Part shown: positions 11,835 through 24,000 of the stretch, piece by piece
Layout of the letters: every line of letters begins with the position of its first letter
Numbering within the stretch: the stretch's first letter is position 1
Assembly: GCA_951406725.2 (NCBI GenBank)
Contig: OX597817.1
Span: forward strand, 150,474,001-150,538,000
Origin: Octopus vulgaris
Lineage: Eukaryota
Direction of reading: 5' to 3'
DNA: 64,000 bases
Program-made: the position numbers and the translations under genes
Notes under the pieces: model-generated
Database searches by the model: none
Told to the model about the DNA's origin: nothing
The model's input: the letters and a program-made list of their open reading frames with translations, nothing else

Positions 11835-12367
11835 ATGACTCTCGACATTACGGATAAATATTTCAACCATCACAACAAGAAAATGTGGTTCAGAAAGAAC
11901 ATCGATTCGTCCAACTTCAAGAAACCTATCTTGACTAGTACACCTCTAGATGTACCTAGTAGTAAATATTTTGACGACAGTGGTTACGTTAGTCCTCCCT
12001 GCAACACGATAACCCCATTGAATTTAAATGAGCGCTTCAGTCAAGAACCAGTGTCGATTGAGAAATTTGAGGTATCCCTTGATCACGAATACCACCAAGT
12101 TCCTCAGAACCGGCTTGATTGGCAAGAAGCTGAAGAGGAGGATGTACTCGGTAAAAAACAACTACGAAGATCTCTGAATGCAGTTTCTCAGAAACGTGTG
12201 AATACTGAAAATATCACAATATTGGGGAAAAGCATCGATTGTTCAAATATTATTGGCAAAAGGATAGGTAGAAAAAATTGTGATATTGTTTCTGGACTGG
12301 ATCAAAGAAACATTTCTGCATTTCTTACAGAGTTAGTAGGCTATCTGTCTCCTGAAGATGTACACAG
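11835..12367 (+). CDS. FBXO5: Emi1/FBXO5-like coding exon 1
   Basis: tttcag|ATG start; DSGYVS degron; start of F-box; donor AG|gtaagc. Confidence 0.88.
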
Positions 12368-13533
12368 GTAAGCTGTCCACTTTAAACCTTTATATTTTCT
12401 AAATACAGTGGGATTTTATTCAGATTTTTTCTACATAAAATATGAATTTAAATGGTATATGTTGGTAATAGAATGTCGATTTTCGTTATCTTCCTCAGCA
12501 TATATTATGTCAGTAAACGGTGGCAGGCCGTTTGTGGTAAAATCCCTCAAGCACAGATAAAGTTAAAACAGTTTCAAGCAACGAGGAGATCAGCTGCAAT
12601 TGAAAATAAGGTAAGTTTGTCATTTTTTCAAATGTTCTACATCGATAGTTATCTTTTACCGTTTACCTGTTACAGTCAATATACTGGGGTATATATTTTA
12701 GTCGAATGAATCGATTCCAGGCCTCATTTTTAAAAAATATTATTTAGTCTATCGGTCTCTGGCTGGACAGCTAAGTTATGGGGACGTAAACAAACCAACA
12801 CCGGTTGTCAAGCAATGGTGGTGGTGCACAGTATTCATATATACGACGGTCTTTTTTCAACTTTCGTCTACCAAATCCACTCAGGGCTTTGGCCCGGCAC
12901 TATAGTGGAAGGCACCAGCCCTAGGTGCGATTGAAAATAGGAACCATGTGGTTAGGAAGCAATTTTTTTAAAGGGTTGATCATTTTATTTGTATTCTAAA
13001 TGCAAAATGTTTTTTATTTTTCAGGAAAACTACAACCGCGTATGTGAAACCAATATTCAGAAATCAATGACGGTCACAAAATCTGAATTGTTTCTTCAAG
13101 TGAGTTTTCTCCCTTTAATCTTATTGCTTGTTAAATTCAGAAATTAGCTGATGAAAGTTCTGTACTAAAGCCATGTATTTATATTTATAAATCGTAAGAT
13201 TATTACATCTTGGCATGCTCCCACATTCAAACACCATTTGAATATTTTGTATAGCAAGGAACATGAACAATGTGTCTTCTTTTTTTTCAGCATGCTGCCT
13301 CTTTACAAAATGATCAGCATCTTCAGAAGTGTCCAAAATGTCAGTACCCAGCCAAAGTCCATCCTGTTGCCGACAAAGGGGTTTGTACAAACAATGTTTG
13401 TAATCACCAATACTGCTCAAAATGTTTAGCTAATTATCATGGTTCAGCATCTTGTGTTCTCATAGGTGTCAAACGGTTACCGAAAGAAATTCTCAATACC
13501 AGAAAAGCCAAAAAGTTTCTAAAGCGGCTATGA
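11835..13533 (+). CDS. FBXO5: Emi1/Emi2-family F-box protein (FBXO5/FBXO43-like APC/C inhibitor); coding exons 11835-12367, 12499-12610, 13025-13099, 13291-13533; about 320 aa
   Basis: Spliced in-frame ORF with GT-AG introns. It carries a DSGYVS beta-TrCP-type degron, an F-box (FLTELVGYLSPEDVHSIYYVSKRWQAV), a zinc-binding region (CPKC..CTNNVCNHQYCSKC..H....C) and a C-terminal KKFLKRL 'RL tail'. Orthology to FBXO5 versus FBXO43 cannot be separated from sequence alone. Confidence 0.9.
12499..12610 (+). CDS. FBXO5: Emi1/FBXO5-like coding exon 2
   Basis: ctcag|C ATA TAT.. encodes IYYVSKRWQAVC (F-box end); donor AAG|gtaagt. Confidence 0.88.
13025..13099 (+). CDS. FBXO5: Emi1/FBXO5-like coding exon 3
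   Basis: tttcag|GAA AAC.. encodes ENYNRVCETNIQKSMTVTKSELFLQ; donor gtgagt; 75 nt, phase 0-0. Confidence 0.8.
13291..13533 (+). CDS. FBXO5: Emi1/FBXO5-like last coding exon (ZBR and RL tail)
   Basis: Cys/His zinc-binding region; ends KKFLKRL-stop. Confidence 0.92.
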   Translation, partial: HAASLQNDQHLQKCPKCQYPAKVHPVADKGVCTNNVCNHQYCSKCLANYHGSASCVLIGVKRLPKEILNTRKAKKFLKRL

Positions 13534-14838
13534 GACCAAAAACGTGGAAAGGCAGAACATAAATCTTTAGAAAATAAAAGATAACATAAAAAAATGTTCA
13601 CAACTGTTGGAGAACCAAGTGGATGGTGCTGTCCCAAAAGACAGCCATAAACATATCTGGCTTTGCTGCTTCTGTGAGATTTCGGATATTCTAGTGGCAA
13701 GGAGATAGCAACCATTGGTGATCTTTTTTTTTTTATCATCCTTTCGCATCCTTGAAATCTACCTCACAGTATTTGGATGTTCTCAATGAAAGGAAAATAA
13801 ACCAAATCATCTGGATTGGCAACTTTGGAAGGCTATCAGAATAGTCATGCTAAAATGGACTTTTAAAATTGATCTCTGTCTCAGCACACACACATTCCTC
13901 ATTCTATGAACAAAATCTATTGACCAAAAGTAATCTGTGACTGTGATATGTATATAAGATTCCTTTTCTATGTGACTTTCTTGTCTTTTATCTCAAGTTC
14001 TGATTCCCTTCATATTTATATAAAGCCACATGATGGTTAATAAATAAAACAAAAGTGCTATTATAAACTGATCTGTCTCTAAACTGGTAGTATTACTGGA
14101 ACAGCTAAACCAGTAAGAGCATTTTCAGAAATATAAAAGTATGTCAAAATTTAATTAGTATTTTATATAATGTGACAAGATTAGGCCTTCATAGTCATTT
14201 TATTGGGTAGATAAAGTGTAACCTACTTAAGTCTATTAACACAGCAGAGACCAAGGTAAACATGTCTTTAATGCAGTATTTATTATTTTTGTGTTTGTGT
14301 CTGTGCTTGTGACCACATCTGAGTGCAATATTTGGTTCTTGTCTTTGATCAAGTGTTTTTGAAGTGGATGTATTTTAAGTGTGCATGAATTCTTTGATTG
14401 TGGCTTCAAGTATTAAAGAAAATATCTACATTAAAACATGATTGGATTTTCACATAATTTGGGCGTATTTAATTATCACTGTTAAATATGTGCATATTTC
14501 TTTTAGTCTCTGATAAATCCCAAACATCATCTACCCTCATGAACTTTCTAATGAAGCCTATTGTTTCAAACCTTACAGAGAAATAATAAAAATTTTACAA
14601 GCAGCTTGTTTTTTTTCTTCAATTATTTATTTGGTGATAGGCTTTAATTACGTATTCATTTATAATGAACTTTGGTGAATAAAGAATGAACAATTTTGAA
14701 TGCTTCTTCTCCTTGCTCCCATATTTGAAATAATTTATTACACCATATTGGTTTTAATATAACCTTGTATTCAGCTATCCTCTAGAAGGTGACTGTTTAC
14801 AATATAAATTATAATGACCCAAGCAATAAGACACTGCA

Positions 14839-15041
14839 TTATCCTGTTGTTTTCCACCCCATACCCCTCCATTGTAATGAGATGAAATCAACTTCATTGA
14901 CATCATTGAGGGAGCAGAGGACTACTGTTTTTCTTACTGATGTCCCAAGCCTCTCAATTGCTGCTATGTCCATCATTGGAATTTTTTCTGTTTGTTTCAC
15001 ACACCGCACAATGAAAAATGAATGATATCTGGCTGGATCAC
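14839..15041 (-). CDS. TSEN34: TSEN34 exon 6 (last)
   Basis: GDPARYHSFFIV..RLGTSVRKTVVLCS..ISLQWRGM..stop. Confidence 0.93.
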
Positions 15042-18000
15042 CTGGGAAATATTGAAGTTTTAAAAAGAATTGAAAACAATTTATAGAAGTGGACAGAGCA
15101 CAAACTGAAAATTTGAAAGTTATGTGGCATGGAAAAAGCACCATTTGAGTGTAGCCGTTGCTGCCCTGACTGGCCAGTGGCATGTAAAAAGCACCATTCA
15201 AATGTTATCAGTGCCATCTTATTGGCCTCCATGCCAGTGGCATATAAGAAGCATCCTCTACGCACTCAGATTGGAGCCTGGTGCAGCCTCTTGGCTTGCC
15301 AGTCCTCAGTGAAACCATTCAACCCATGCCAGCTTGGAAAGTGGATGTTAAATGATGATGATGATGATACTATTGTAAATTCACTTTTGTTTCTTCTAAG
15401 AAAGATTGCTCATGAATTCAGTATTCAAGTATTTCATTTAGAGAAATCAATCACAAAATTTTAAATGATAATTTCTTAATGTTGGTTCCTAATTTATTTA
15501 GGCTATGGCATAATAAAGCAAAGAAAAAAAATGACCTTAATAAATATTATTAATGTTAAATGACATGCAGTACCATGTTTGTAAGGGGGGAGAATAAGCT
15601 ACGCATGTGTCATTATATGGTGTCTGGTTATCAGAAGCTAAATTATACAAAGATAAAACATTTTTAATGAGAAATATAGTGTAAAGAAATAAAAACAGCT
15701 CACCAGGATATACGAGGAAGTCTCCACCAAATTTAGAACCATGTGTTAAAAAGTATCCTTGTTCCCAGAACTCCTTGAATACTCGATATCGCAAGTTTTG
15801 CATTGCATTTGAAGGGAATGTCCATTCAGCTTCTTTGTAAGTTCTGTTAATCCATGGATTTTCTATAAAAGATATCCCAATAGTTATTACCTCTAAAATA
15901 TCTAATATTAACTTCAAAGATGCAAGTTGCAATGTAAGAATATAGCAGATACTCACCAGTAAAGATTTGTACGACTGAATTTTTTTCATCAATAGGGGGT
16001 ATTTTAATTTCATCAACATCAATTTCTACTTCTTTTTCAAATTCTGTATCATCAATTTCCATTCCCAATTGTTTTTGATGTTCCAGTTGCTGATTTCGTT
16101 TTGCTTTCTTGCCTTTTACAATATTAGATAAGTTACGTATTGTATCCATTCTCCGCTCTTGTTGATAGAGAGGTATCTGAAATTTTGATATGCAAACAGT
16201 AGTAGTCTTTTGAGATATTACAGCCAAAGCATTAAGTTTGTAATAAATGCCCATCTTTTGAAAACTTATAATAAACTCCTGCACACCTGACAACAAATGT
16301 TGGTTTGATTACATCCCTGTAACAACAGCTTGGCAAAATGGGACTGATAAAATCAGTAATGGTGTTGATTTGTTTGAGTAAACCACACCTACACAAAGAT
16401 GACTGATCAAGGAGTTTGCTTTGCGACTACTTGGATTTGGGTTTGCCCTTACTGTGTGGTGCATTGGGCAAGTGTCTTCTATAGCCCTGGACTGACCAGT
16501 GCCTTGTGAGGGGAAGCCCATTATGTGCCATCTTTGTGTTTGTTCTAACCACCATTAGACAACTGGTGTTTTTTTATGTGCCTATGATTTAATAGTTTAG
16601 CAAAAAAAAGAGACCAGCGGAATAAGTACTGGTGCTCCAGCATGACTGAAAAGTGCTTTTCAATATCAATTAGTCTGTAAGTAATAATCCAGCTGTCTTA
16701 CATTTAACCCTTTCGTTACTGTATTTATTGTGAGATGCTCTGTGTTCCTTTCACTTAATTTTAAATATAACTATCATTAAGCTAGTGTTAGGAACATAAA
16801 TCGTGACTAAAATTTGGAAGATTATACTTCAAAACTTATAAAACAAGACATTTGTACTACAGAGCCAGAGCCGGGTTGGTATCGAAAGGATTAAAATATG
16901 ATTTATCAGGTAGCACAAATACACATCACAGCAAAAACCTGTGTTCATTAACTGTCACTAATTAGTCAGATTTATATGGTGGCCCTCTAGTGGTAGATTT
17001 GTGAAAATTTGAAGTTTGGCTGACAAATTTCAAGTAAATTACCCTGGGGTTTCACTGCTTAGCTGTAAAGGTTATTTGAAATATTTATTTAATACACTGA
17101 AGTTATGTTACCTGTTCTGTGTAGCTCTGATGTCTTTGTTCTTCATAAGCTTGTATTTCTTCAGGTGATAGTTTATTAGGAAAAACTTCTTGAATTAGAT
17201 GAGCAATACCTTAAAAAAAAAATTACGAAAATCAAATTTGGAAAGAGACAATTTATAGATGCAGGTGTAGATGAGAAGCTTGCTTCCTGACCATGTGGTT
17301 TTGGCTTCAGTCCCATTGGAATAAATATCTACAATAACCTGAGCTGACTAAATCCTTGTGAATGGTTTTGGTGGATGGAAACCGAAAGAAGCCTGTTACG
17401 TACAAACATGCGTATATGTTTGTGTACATCCTTGTCTTGACATGTAATGGTTGTCAATGAGTGTCACTGTCAAATGTTTGTTTCTATTCTTCCCTCAAAA
17501 ATATGTTTAACCATGGGGAAATATTACCTTGCTTGGAAACAAGTGAAGGTTGGTGACAGGAAGGGCATCCAGTCATAGGAAATTTGACTCAAGATCCATG
17601 TGAGCATTTAAACAATGTTGGCGAGAATTATGGCATCACTATTTCTGAGCTTGGTTTGCTGAAAAGAAAAGTTTTCTCATCGCCGTTTAACGTCCGCTTT
17701 CCATGCTAGCATGGGTTGGACGATTTGACTGAGGTCTGGCGAACCAGATGGCTGCACCAGACTCCAATCTGATCTGGCAGAATTTCTACAGCTGGATGCC
17801 CTTCCTAATGCCAACCACTTCAAGAGCGTAGTGGGTACTTTTACATGCCACTGGCACAAGGGCCAGTCAGGCGGTACTGGCAACGGCCACACTCAAATGG
17901 CGCTTTTTATGTGCCACCTGCACAGTAGCCAGACCAGTGGCACTGGCAACAACCTTACTCAAATGTTTTTTCACGTGCCACCATTTCTAGAAAAATCAAT

Positions 18001-21000
18001 AGAAACAAAGATATCTATGTGCAAACAGCAGTCTGCATGAATTAAGATTCACCTAACTGAAGCCAAATTTCTTCTGTTAGTGTCATTTCAGTATTAGGAG
18101 TTAAACTGATATGACTTGCAATTTTTACATCCACTCTTTCATGCTGGCATGAGTCGGATGGTACTTTTTGAGGCAGTGTTTTATGGCTTGATGCTAACCC
18201 TTTCAAATGCATCTTACAGCACATTATCAACCACCATTAGACAACTGGTGTTTTACGTGCCTATGATTTAATAGTTTGGCAAACTTTTGACAGGATCCCC
18301 TGATCCCTTATCTGGTGGCCCATGGGGAAACTATGGATAAATGAGTGGTTGGTGAGAGCTGTACAAGCCTTGGACAGGGTCACTACCAGAAAGATGAGGG
18401 TGTGCCACGAGTACAGTGAAGAATTCAGGGTACAAGTAGGATCAGTGCTTAGCCCCATCTTTTTCATCATAGTCTTCCAGGCAATAACAGGAATTCAAGA
18501 CAGGATGCCCCTGGGAATTCCTCTATTCTGATGACCTTGCTCTTATAGTTGAATCACTACCTGAACTAGAGAAGTTCCAGGTATGGAAGCAAGGTCTAGA
18601 ATCGAAGGGCCTTAGAGTTAACCTAGTAAAAACCAAAGTTTTAGTGAATAGGAAGGCAGACAAATCACAAATCCCTTCAGGTAGAAGGCTCTGCTTGATC
18701 TGTATAAAAGGTGTAGGTAGAAACTCCATACGATGCACCCAGTGTAAGCTTTGGACACAAAAAGTGCAGCAACATCAGAGGAAGGTTAATAAGGAAACTA
18801 ACTTTTGCATGTGGAAGGTACACAGGTACAATAAACGCTGAAAATGTGCAGAAAATAGACTCCATCAAGATAAAGGTAGTACATAGCTTCCATTATCTAG
18901 GTGACCAAGTTAGTAGGGGAGGTGAATGCTGTGAGAATAAGGTTAGGCTGGGCAAAGTTCAAAGAGTTCCTACTCCTGATGGCAACAAAGGGCCTCTCTC
19001 TCAGAGTGAAAGGCAGATTGTTTGATGCCTGTATGCGAACAGCTATGCTGCATGGCAGTGAAACATGGACTATGACAGCTGAGGACATGCGAAAGAAATG
19101 AAGCTAGTATGCTTCGCTGGACATGCAATGTCAGTGTGCATGTTTGACAGTGTAAGCAACGAAAGAGAAAGGTTAGGCATAACAGGAATCAGATGTGGTG
19201 TGCAAGAGAGACAAATGCACTGGTATGGTCATGTGATGAGTATGGATGAGAACAGCTGTGGTAGAGGTAGACCTAGGAAGACATGGGACAAGGTGGTGAA
19301 GCATGATCATTGAACTTTGAGCCTCACAGAGACAATGACTAGTGACTGAGACCATTGGTGATGTGCTGTACTTGAGAGGACTCATCAAGCCAAGTGCACC
19401 TGTGCTGGTGGCACGTAAGGAATATCTTTTGAACATTGGGCCTCAAAGAGGCAAAGTGGCTGAGTTCTTTTTGAGCATTGAGCCTCATGGAGGCAAAGTG
19501 GCTGAGTTCCTTTCAAGTGTTGGCCCTCATGGAGGCAAATTGGCTGAGTTTCTTTTGAGTGTTGGGCAAAGTGGCCGAGTTTCCTTCAAGTGTTGGGCCT
19601 CACAGAGACAATGACCAAGACCTTTGGCATTATGTCGTACTTGAGAAGACCCATCAAACTGAGCAAAATCGCAGTCGTGGCAGATACCTATGTCACATAA
19701 ATTGGCACCCGTTCCAATGGCATATAAAAGCACACATTACACTCAGAGTGGTTGGCATTAGGAAGGGCATCCAGCCATAGAAAACCATGCCAAATCCGAT
19801 TGGTGTCTGGTGAAGCCTTCCAGCATGCCAGCCTAGTCAAACCATCCAACCCATTCCAGCATGGACAACGAACGTTAAATGATGATGATTTAAACATCTG
19901 TTTTCCATGCTGGCATGGGTTGGATGACTTGACAGGAGCTGGGAAGGCCAGGGGCTGCACCAGGTTTCATAGTTTGTTTTGGTTTGGCTTCTGCAATTGG
20001 ATGCCCTTTTTAATGGCAACCACTTTTTTATGTGGCACCTTGGCCAAGTGTATCCTACTATAGCCCCAGGCTGACAAAAGCCTTGTGAGTGGATGTGGTA
20101 TATGGAAACTGAAAGAAGCCCATCTTATATATATGCGTTTGTGTGAGTTCATATTTATTCTTGTTTTGACAGGTTGCATGATCTTTGCAGACAAATAAAA
20201 TTCACATAGTGTCAATTGTTTGCTGGGCATATCATCATAGGCCTCCGTCGGTCATGGCTGACAGTGGATGATGTCATCTGTCCGTTGAGTTGTCTATTCA
20301 GTTTTTGCAATGCCTCCTGTGGCTGTAGAGACTGATGTGAAAGTGGCAGTCTTGTTTGCAGAGGTCACACCTATATGTTGAATCCGGTCTGTTGGCTGTC
20401 ATTTCTTTTTTGCGGGCTCGGTTTTCATCTGCCGCCACCCTCAAATTCTCTTCACCGGTCTGCAGTTGTTTGTGAAGAGTGCCTCTCCAGCTGAGTTCAG
20501 TCGACTGCGAGATCTTCCCAGGAATTGGTGTTGATGCCAAGTGCCTTCATATCCCTCCTGTACCTCAGCTTCGTTTGGCCAATGTTTCTCTGCCCTGCGA
20601 CAAGTTCTCCAAAGAGGACATCCTTTGGGATCTCACCATCCTCCATACCGCGAACGTGGCAAAGCCAGCACAGCCAACGTTGTCTTAGCAAGGTGGGGAG
20701 GCCATCTTATATATATGCGTTTGTGTGAGTTCATATTTCTTCTTGTCTTGACAAGTTGCATGATCTTTGCAGACAAAAAGCTCATTCACATAGTGTCAAT
20801 TGTTTGTTGGGCATACAGTCATAGAAAATTTGTTACAAAGTAATTTGTGCAAGCATAAAAAATTTGACATTAAAATAAGCTTGGTAGTGATTACATACAT
20901 CAAACAAATGGTGGCATGCATAAAGATTTCCTATGTTTGGTTTAGAAAGAGAGAAAACAGTGTGATAAAAGGAAAGGGAAACAGATAAGTTTTGACATTA

Positions 21001-24000
21001 TAGAGGAACAAGTCAAGGTGGTGAGCTCGCAGAATCATTACCATGCCAGGCAAAATGCTAAGCAGCATTTTGTCCGTCTTCATGTTCTGAGTTCAAATTC
21101 TGCCGAGGTCTGCTTTGCCTTTCATCCTTTTTGGGTCGAAAAAATAAGTACCAGTAATTGACTTAGCCTCTCTCCTTGAAATTATTATAATAGTAACAGG
21201 TAAGTTCTGAAAAGTTAAGTCTAATAATTGTGATTGAAAAGATAGAGATCTTGATTTTCTTTATAAAGTACCTTGTCATTTATGCATGCTAACATTACAC
21301 ACCCTGCTTGCTTCATATCTTCCCAACCTTCACATGTCCTTTGCATTCAGTACCCATATCTCACCCTTATGCAGTACTGCAGTTCATTCACAAGCATTGT
21401 TCTATCTGTTCTTTGCTCAGACAGAGAATCTTCTTGTCAGCAGAGATAATGGCCTTCGGCTGGCTACTATGTTTACAAAATATCTCCATCTACTGCTGAT
21501 TAGGTTGGCTACTTACCAGAAACTATCAGTTACTTGTACAGAGCCTCCTGGGTGTTGTAAGGAACTTATTTTACAAATGCTCTGACTGTTAACTGATGGA
21601 TAGCTTTCTGAAGAATGCTGCTTTTGGTTGTATTAGTTGCAGTGAAAGTGCTAGGTTTAGTGGTTGGGGTGTTACACTCATGATCACAAGATTGTGGTTT
21701 CAATTCCTGAACCAGGCAATGCATTGTGTTCTTGAGGAAAACACTTTCACTTTGCTCCAGTCCATTCAGCTGTATAATGAATTCCGGCAATAGCTGGGAA
21801 GTTAACCCTATGTTGTACTGGCAACCTGTTCAGGGGAAGTGTTGTGATCTTTGTCACATGCCGGAAAAACTGGGTAATTGGCCCTGTGAGTCCTTGGCCT
21901 CAAGACAGTAATGTCCAGTAAGAACAGGTATTTTTAATTTAGAAGAGAAGAGCTCTCAAGATAACTGGTTTTAATTAATTATCATTGCCATTATTACATG
22001 TTGGCAAAAGTTGGAAAGGTCTGAAATACAATCCCAATGTTTTCACATCCAACTTTATTATTATTCTGTCAAGACTTCTCTTGTCTACATCTAATTTGCT
22101 GCATTGGCAATTTTTAATGTTGTATATATATCATATATCTGCTTTCTACACTGGCATGGGATGGACAAGCTGTTACAATTTGAGTTAGAATTTATTCAAA
22201 ATTCTAAATGCCTTAGGGATCATATTTCACCACTGTTACACTTACTTTTGGTGTTGTTTCTATAGTTGGATGCCCTCCCAATCCTTACCAACTTTACAGA
22301 GCATACCGAGTTCATTTTATCATGTCATTTTCACTAGAGAGGTATTATCCTTGGCAAGATTATCGTCTTTATTTCTTCACTGGTACCAGAAAGATAACTC
22401 TACAGGAAGACTAAAGAGTCCTCTCTCTCCTGTCTTTTCTTTGGTAACTTGTTCCTTAGTTTGAAATAAGAGTGATCTAGAGCAAGGGAGTGATGGGAGA
22501 AAACCAGAACAAGAGAGTGATAGAAGAAAGAGTAATACAAGAGAACCAGAGCAATAAGAGTGAGTGACAAAGCTCTACATGTTGGTTGTAGGTAATGAGA
22601 CTGAATAGGAGTAACATGACTGACATTGAAAGAAAGGAAAGTAAAAAGAGAGAAGCAGAGTGATAGGAACAAGATAAAAGAGGGAGTAAGAAAGGACCAG
22701 AATTAGGGGTTGTAGATAGGAGAGAAAGTAATAAACTGTACTAGAATATGACAGAAGAGACAGTATGTAATTCATATACAGCCACGTAATGGGTTGCATT
22801 TGAGGAGAATTAAAAGTAAATATAAAACATCTCTAAAAAAATATGCATTTGACCGAAGTTTGCTAAAGTTGCATGGTGGGGGAAATGAGAATGATAGGAG
22901 TGAGACAGTGCTGAGGGAGGGTTATGGAAGTAAGGACTGTTAAAGAAAGGAGTACATATGTGTTTGACTGTACATACATGGAAAGACAATAATTGTAATA
23001 AAATTAATGCCCAGAAGTTCAAATTTGTTTTAGTAGAAGATATTGCTTGAAATTTTCAAAGAGGCTTATGTTGTTTTATATCATTTCTCTCTTATCAGGT
23101 TGTATAGAAAATTCTGTCAGATTTTTAGTACTTATTTAAAAAAAGTACTACCATGATTTTTAATATTGCAAATTTAATCATCTATATAATTTCCTTAATT
23201 TTCTATCATTTCTCTCCATCTTTTTGTAAATTTTTGAATGTATCATTTGAAAAATTCCTTGGGCTTTGAATTAATTAATTTTCTGTCTTCACTACACTTT
23301 TCATGCTTAAATGGTTTTGTGAAAATCTAAAATAAGTGAAAGTCTGATGAAAGAAAATCTGGAGAATATGGAGGGTATAATATTTTCTTCTATCTGAATG
23401 ATTCCAGGACATTTTATAAGACCTGTGCAGTGTGAGGTCAAACATTATCTTGAAAAAGAACCTTCCTTCAGTTTATTAAGTCACAATGTTTTCTATCCAA
23501 ATCAGTCTTCAAACAATGAAGTTGTTGATATTACAAAAGACCCTAAAATCTTGTAATTAATAATTTTGTCCATTTCTCACCAAACACTTGATAAAATTTT
23601 CTTGTTGATAGGGTGCAAGTTTTTGATTTGGGCTTAGCTACTGTCTGTGTCAATATTGTTGCAAAGAATTAATTTTTCATCTCCAGTCATGATCAGTTTT
23701 AAAAATGGTGCTTGGAGGTTACTACAAGTCTGGACAAATTCACAGTAGTCAAGCTTTGTAGGAGATTTGCTGCTGAAAGAGCACAAGGAAACTATTCTCT
23801 CCACTTTGGAACTTCCCCTAGCTTCTTCAAATGATTATGAACAGTTCCAGTGCTAAGATTAAATCCCATGGGAAGCTTTCTCACTGTCACAGTAGGATCC
23901 CTTGCAAGTGTTGCCTCTGGCATTTTGTCATAGAACTTGGAAGGACATCTTGATCTAGGCTCATCAAGCAAATTTAAATTGCCAAGTCTGAATTTTTGAA

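Noticed and set aside
19430-19603. Regularly spaced repeats as a CRISPR-like array
   Set aside because: These are head-to-tail minisatellite units with no unique spacers, inside a eukaryotic LINE.
22460-22800. GA-rich purine tract (also 24510-24820) with hydrophobic - strand ORFs
   Set aside because: Low-complexity decayed repeat with no splice or homology support.
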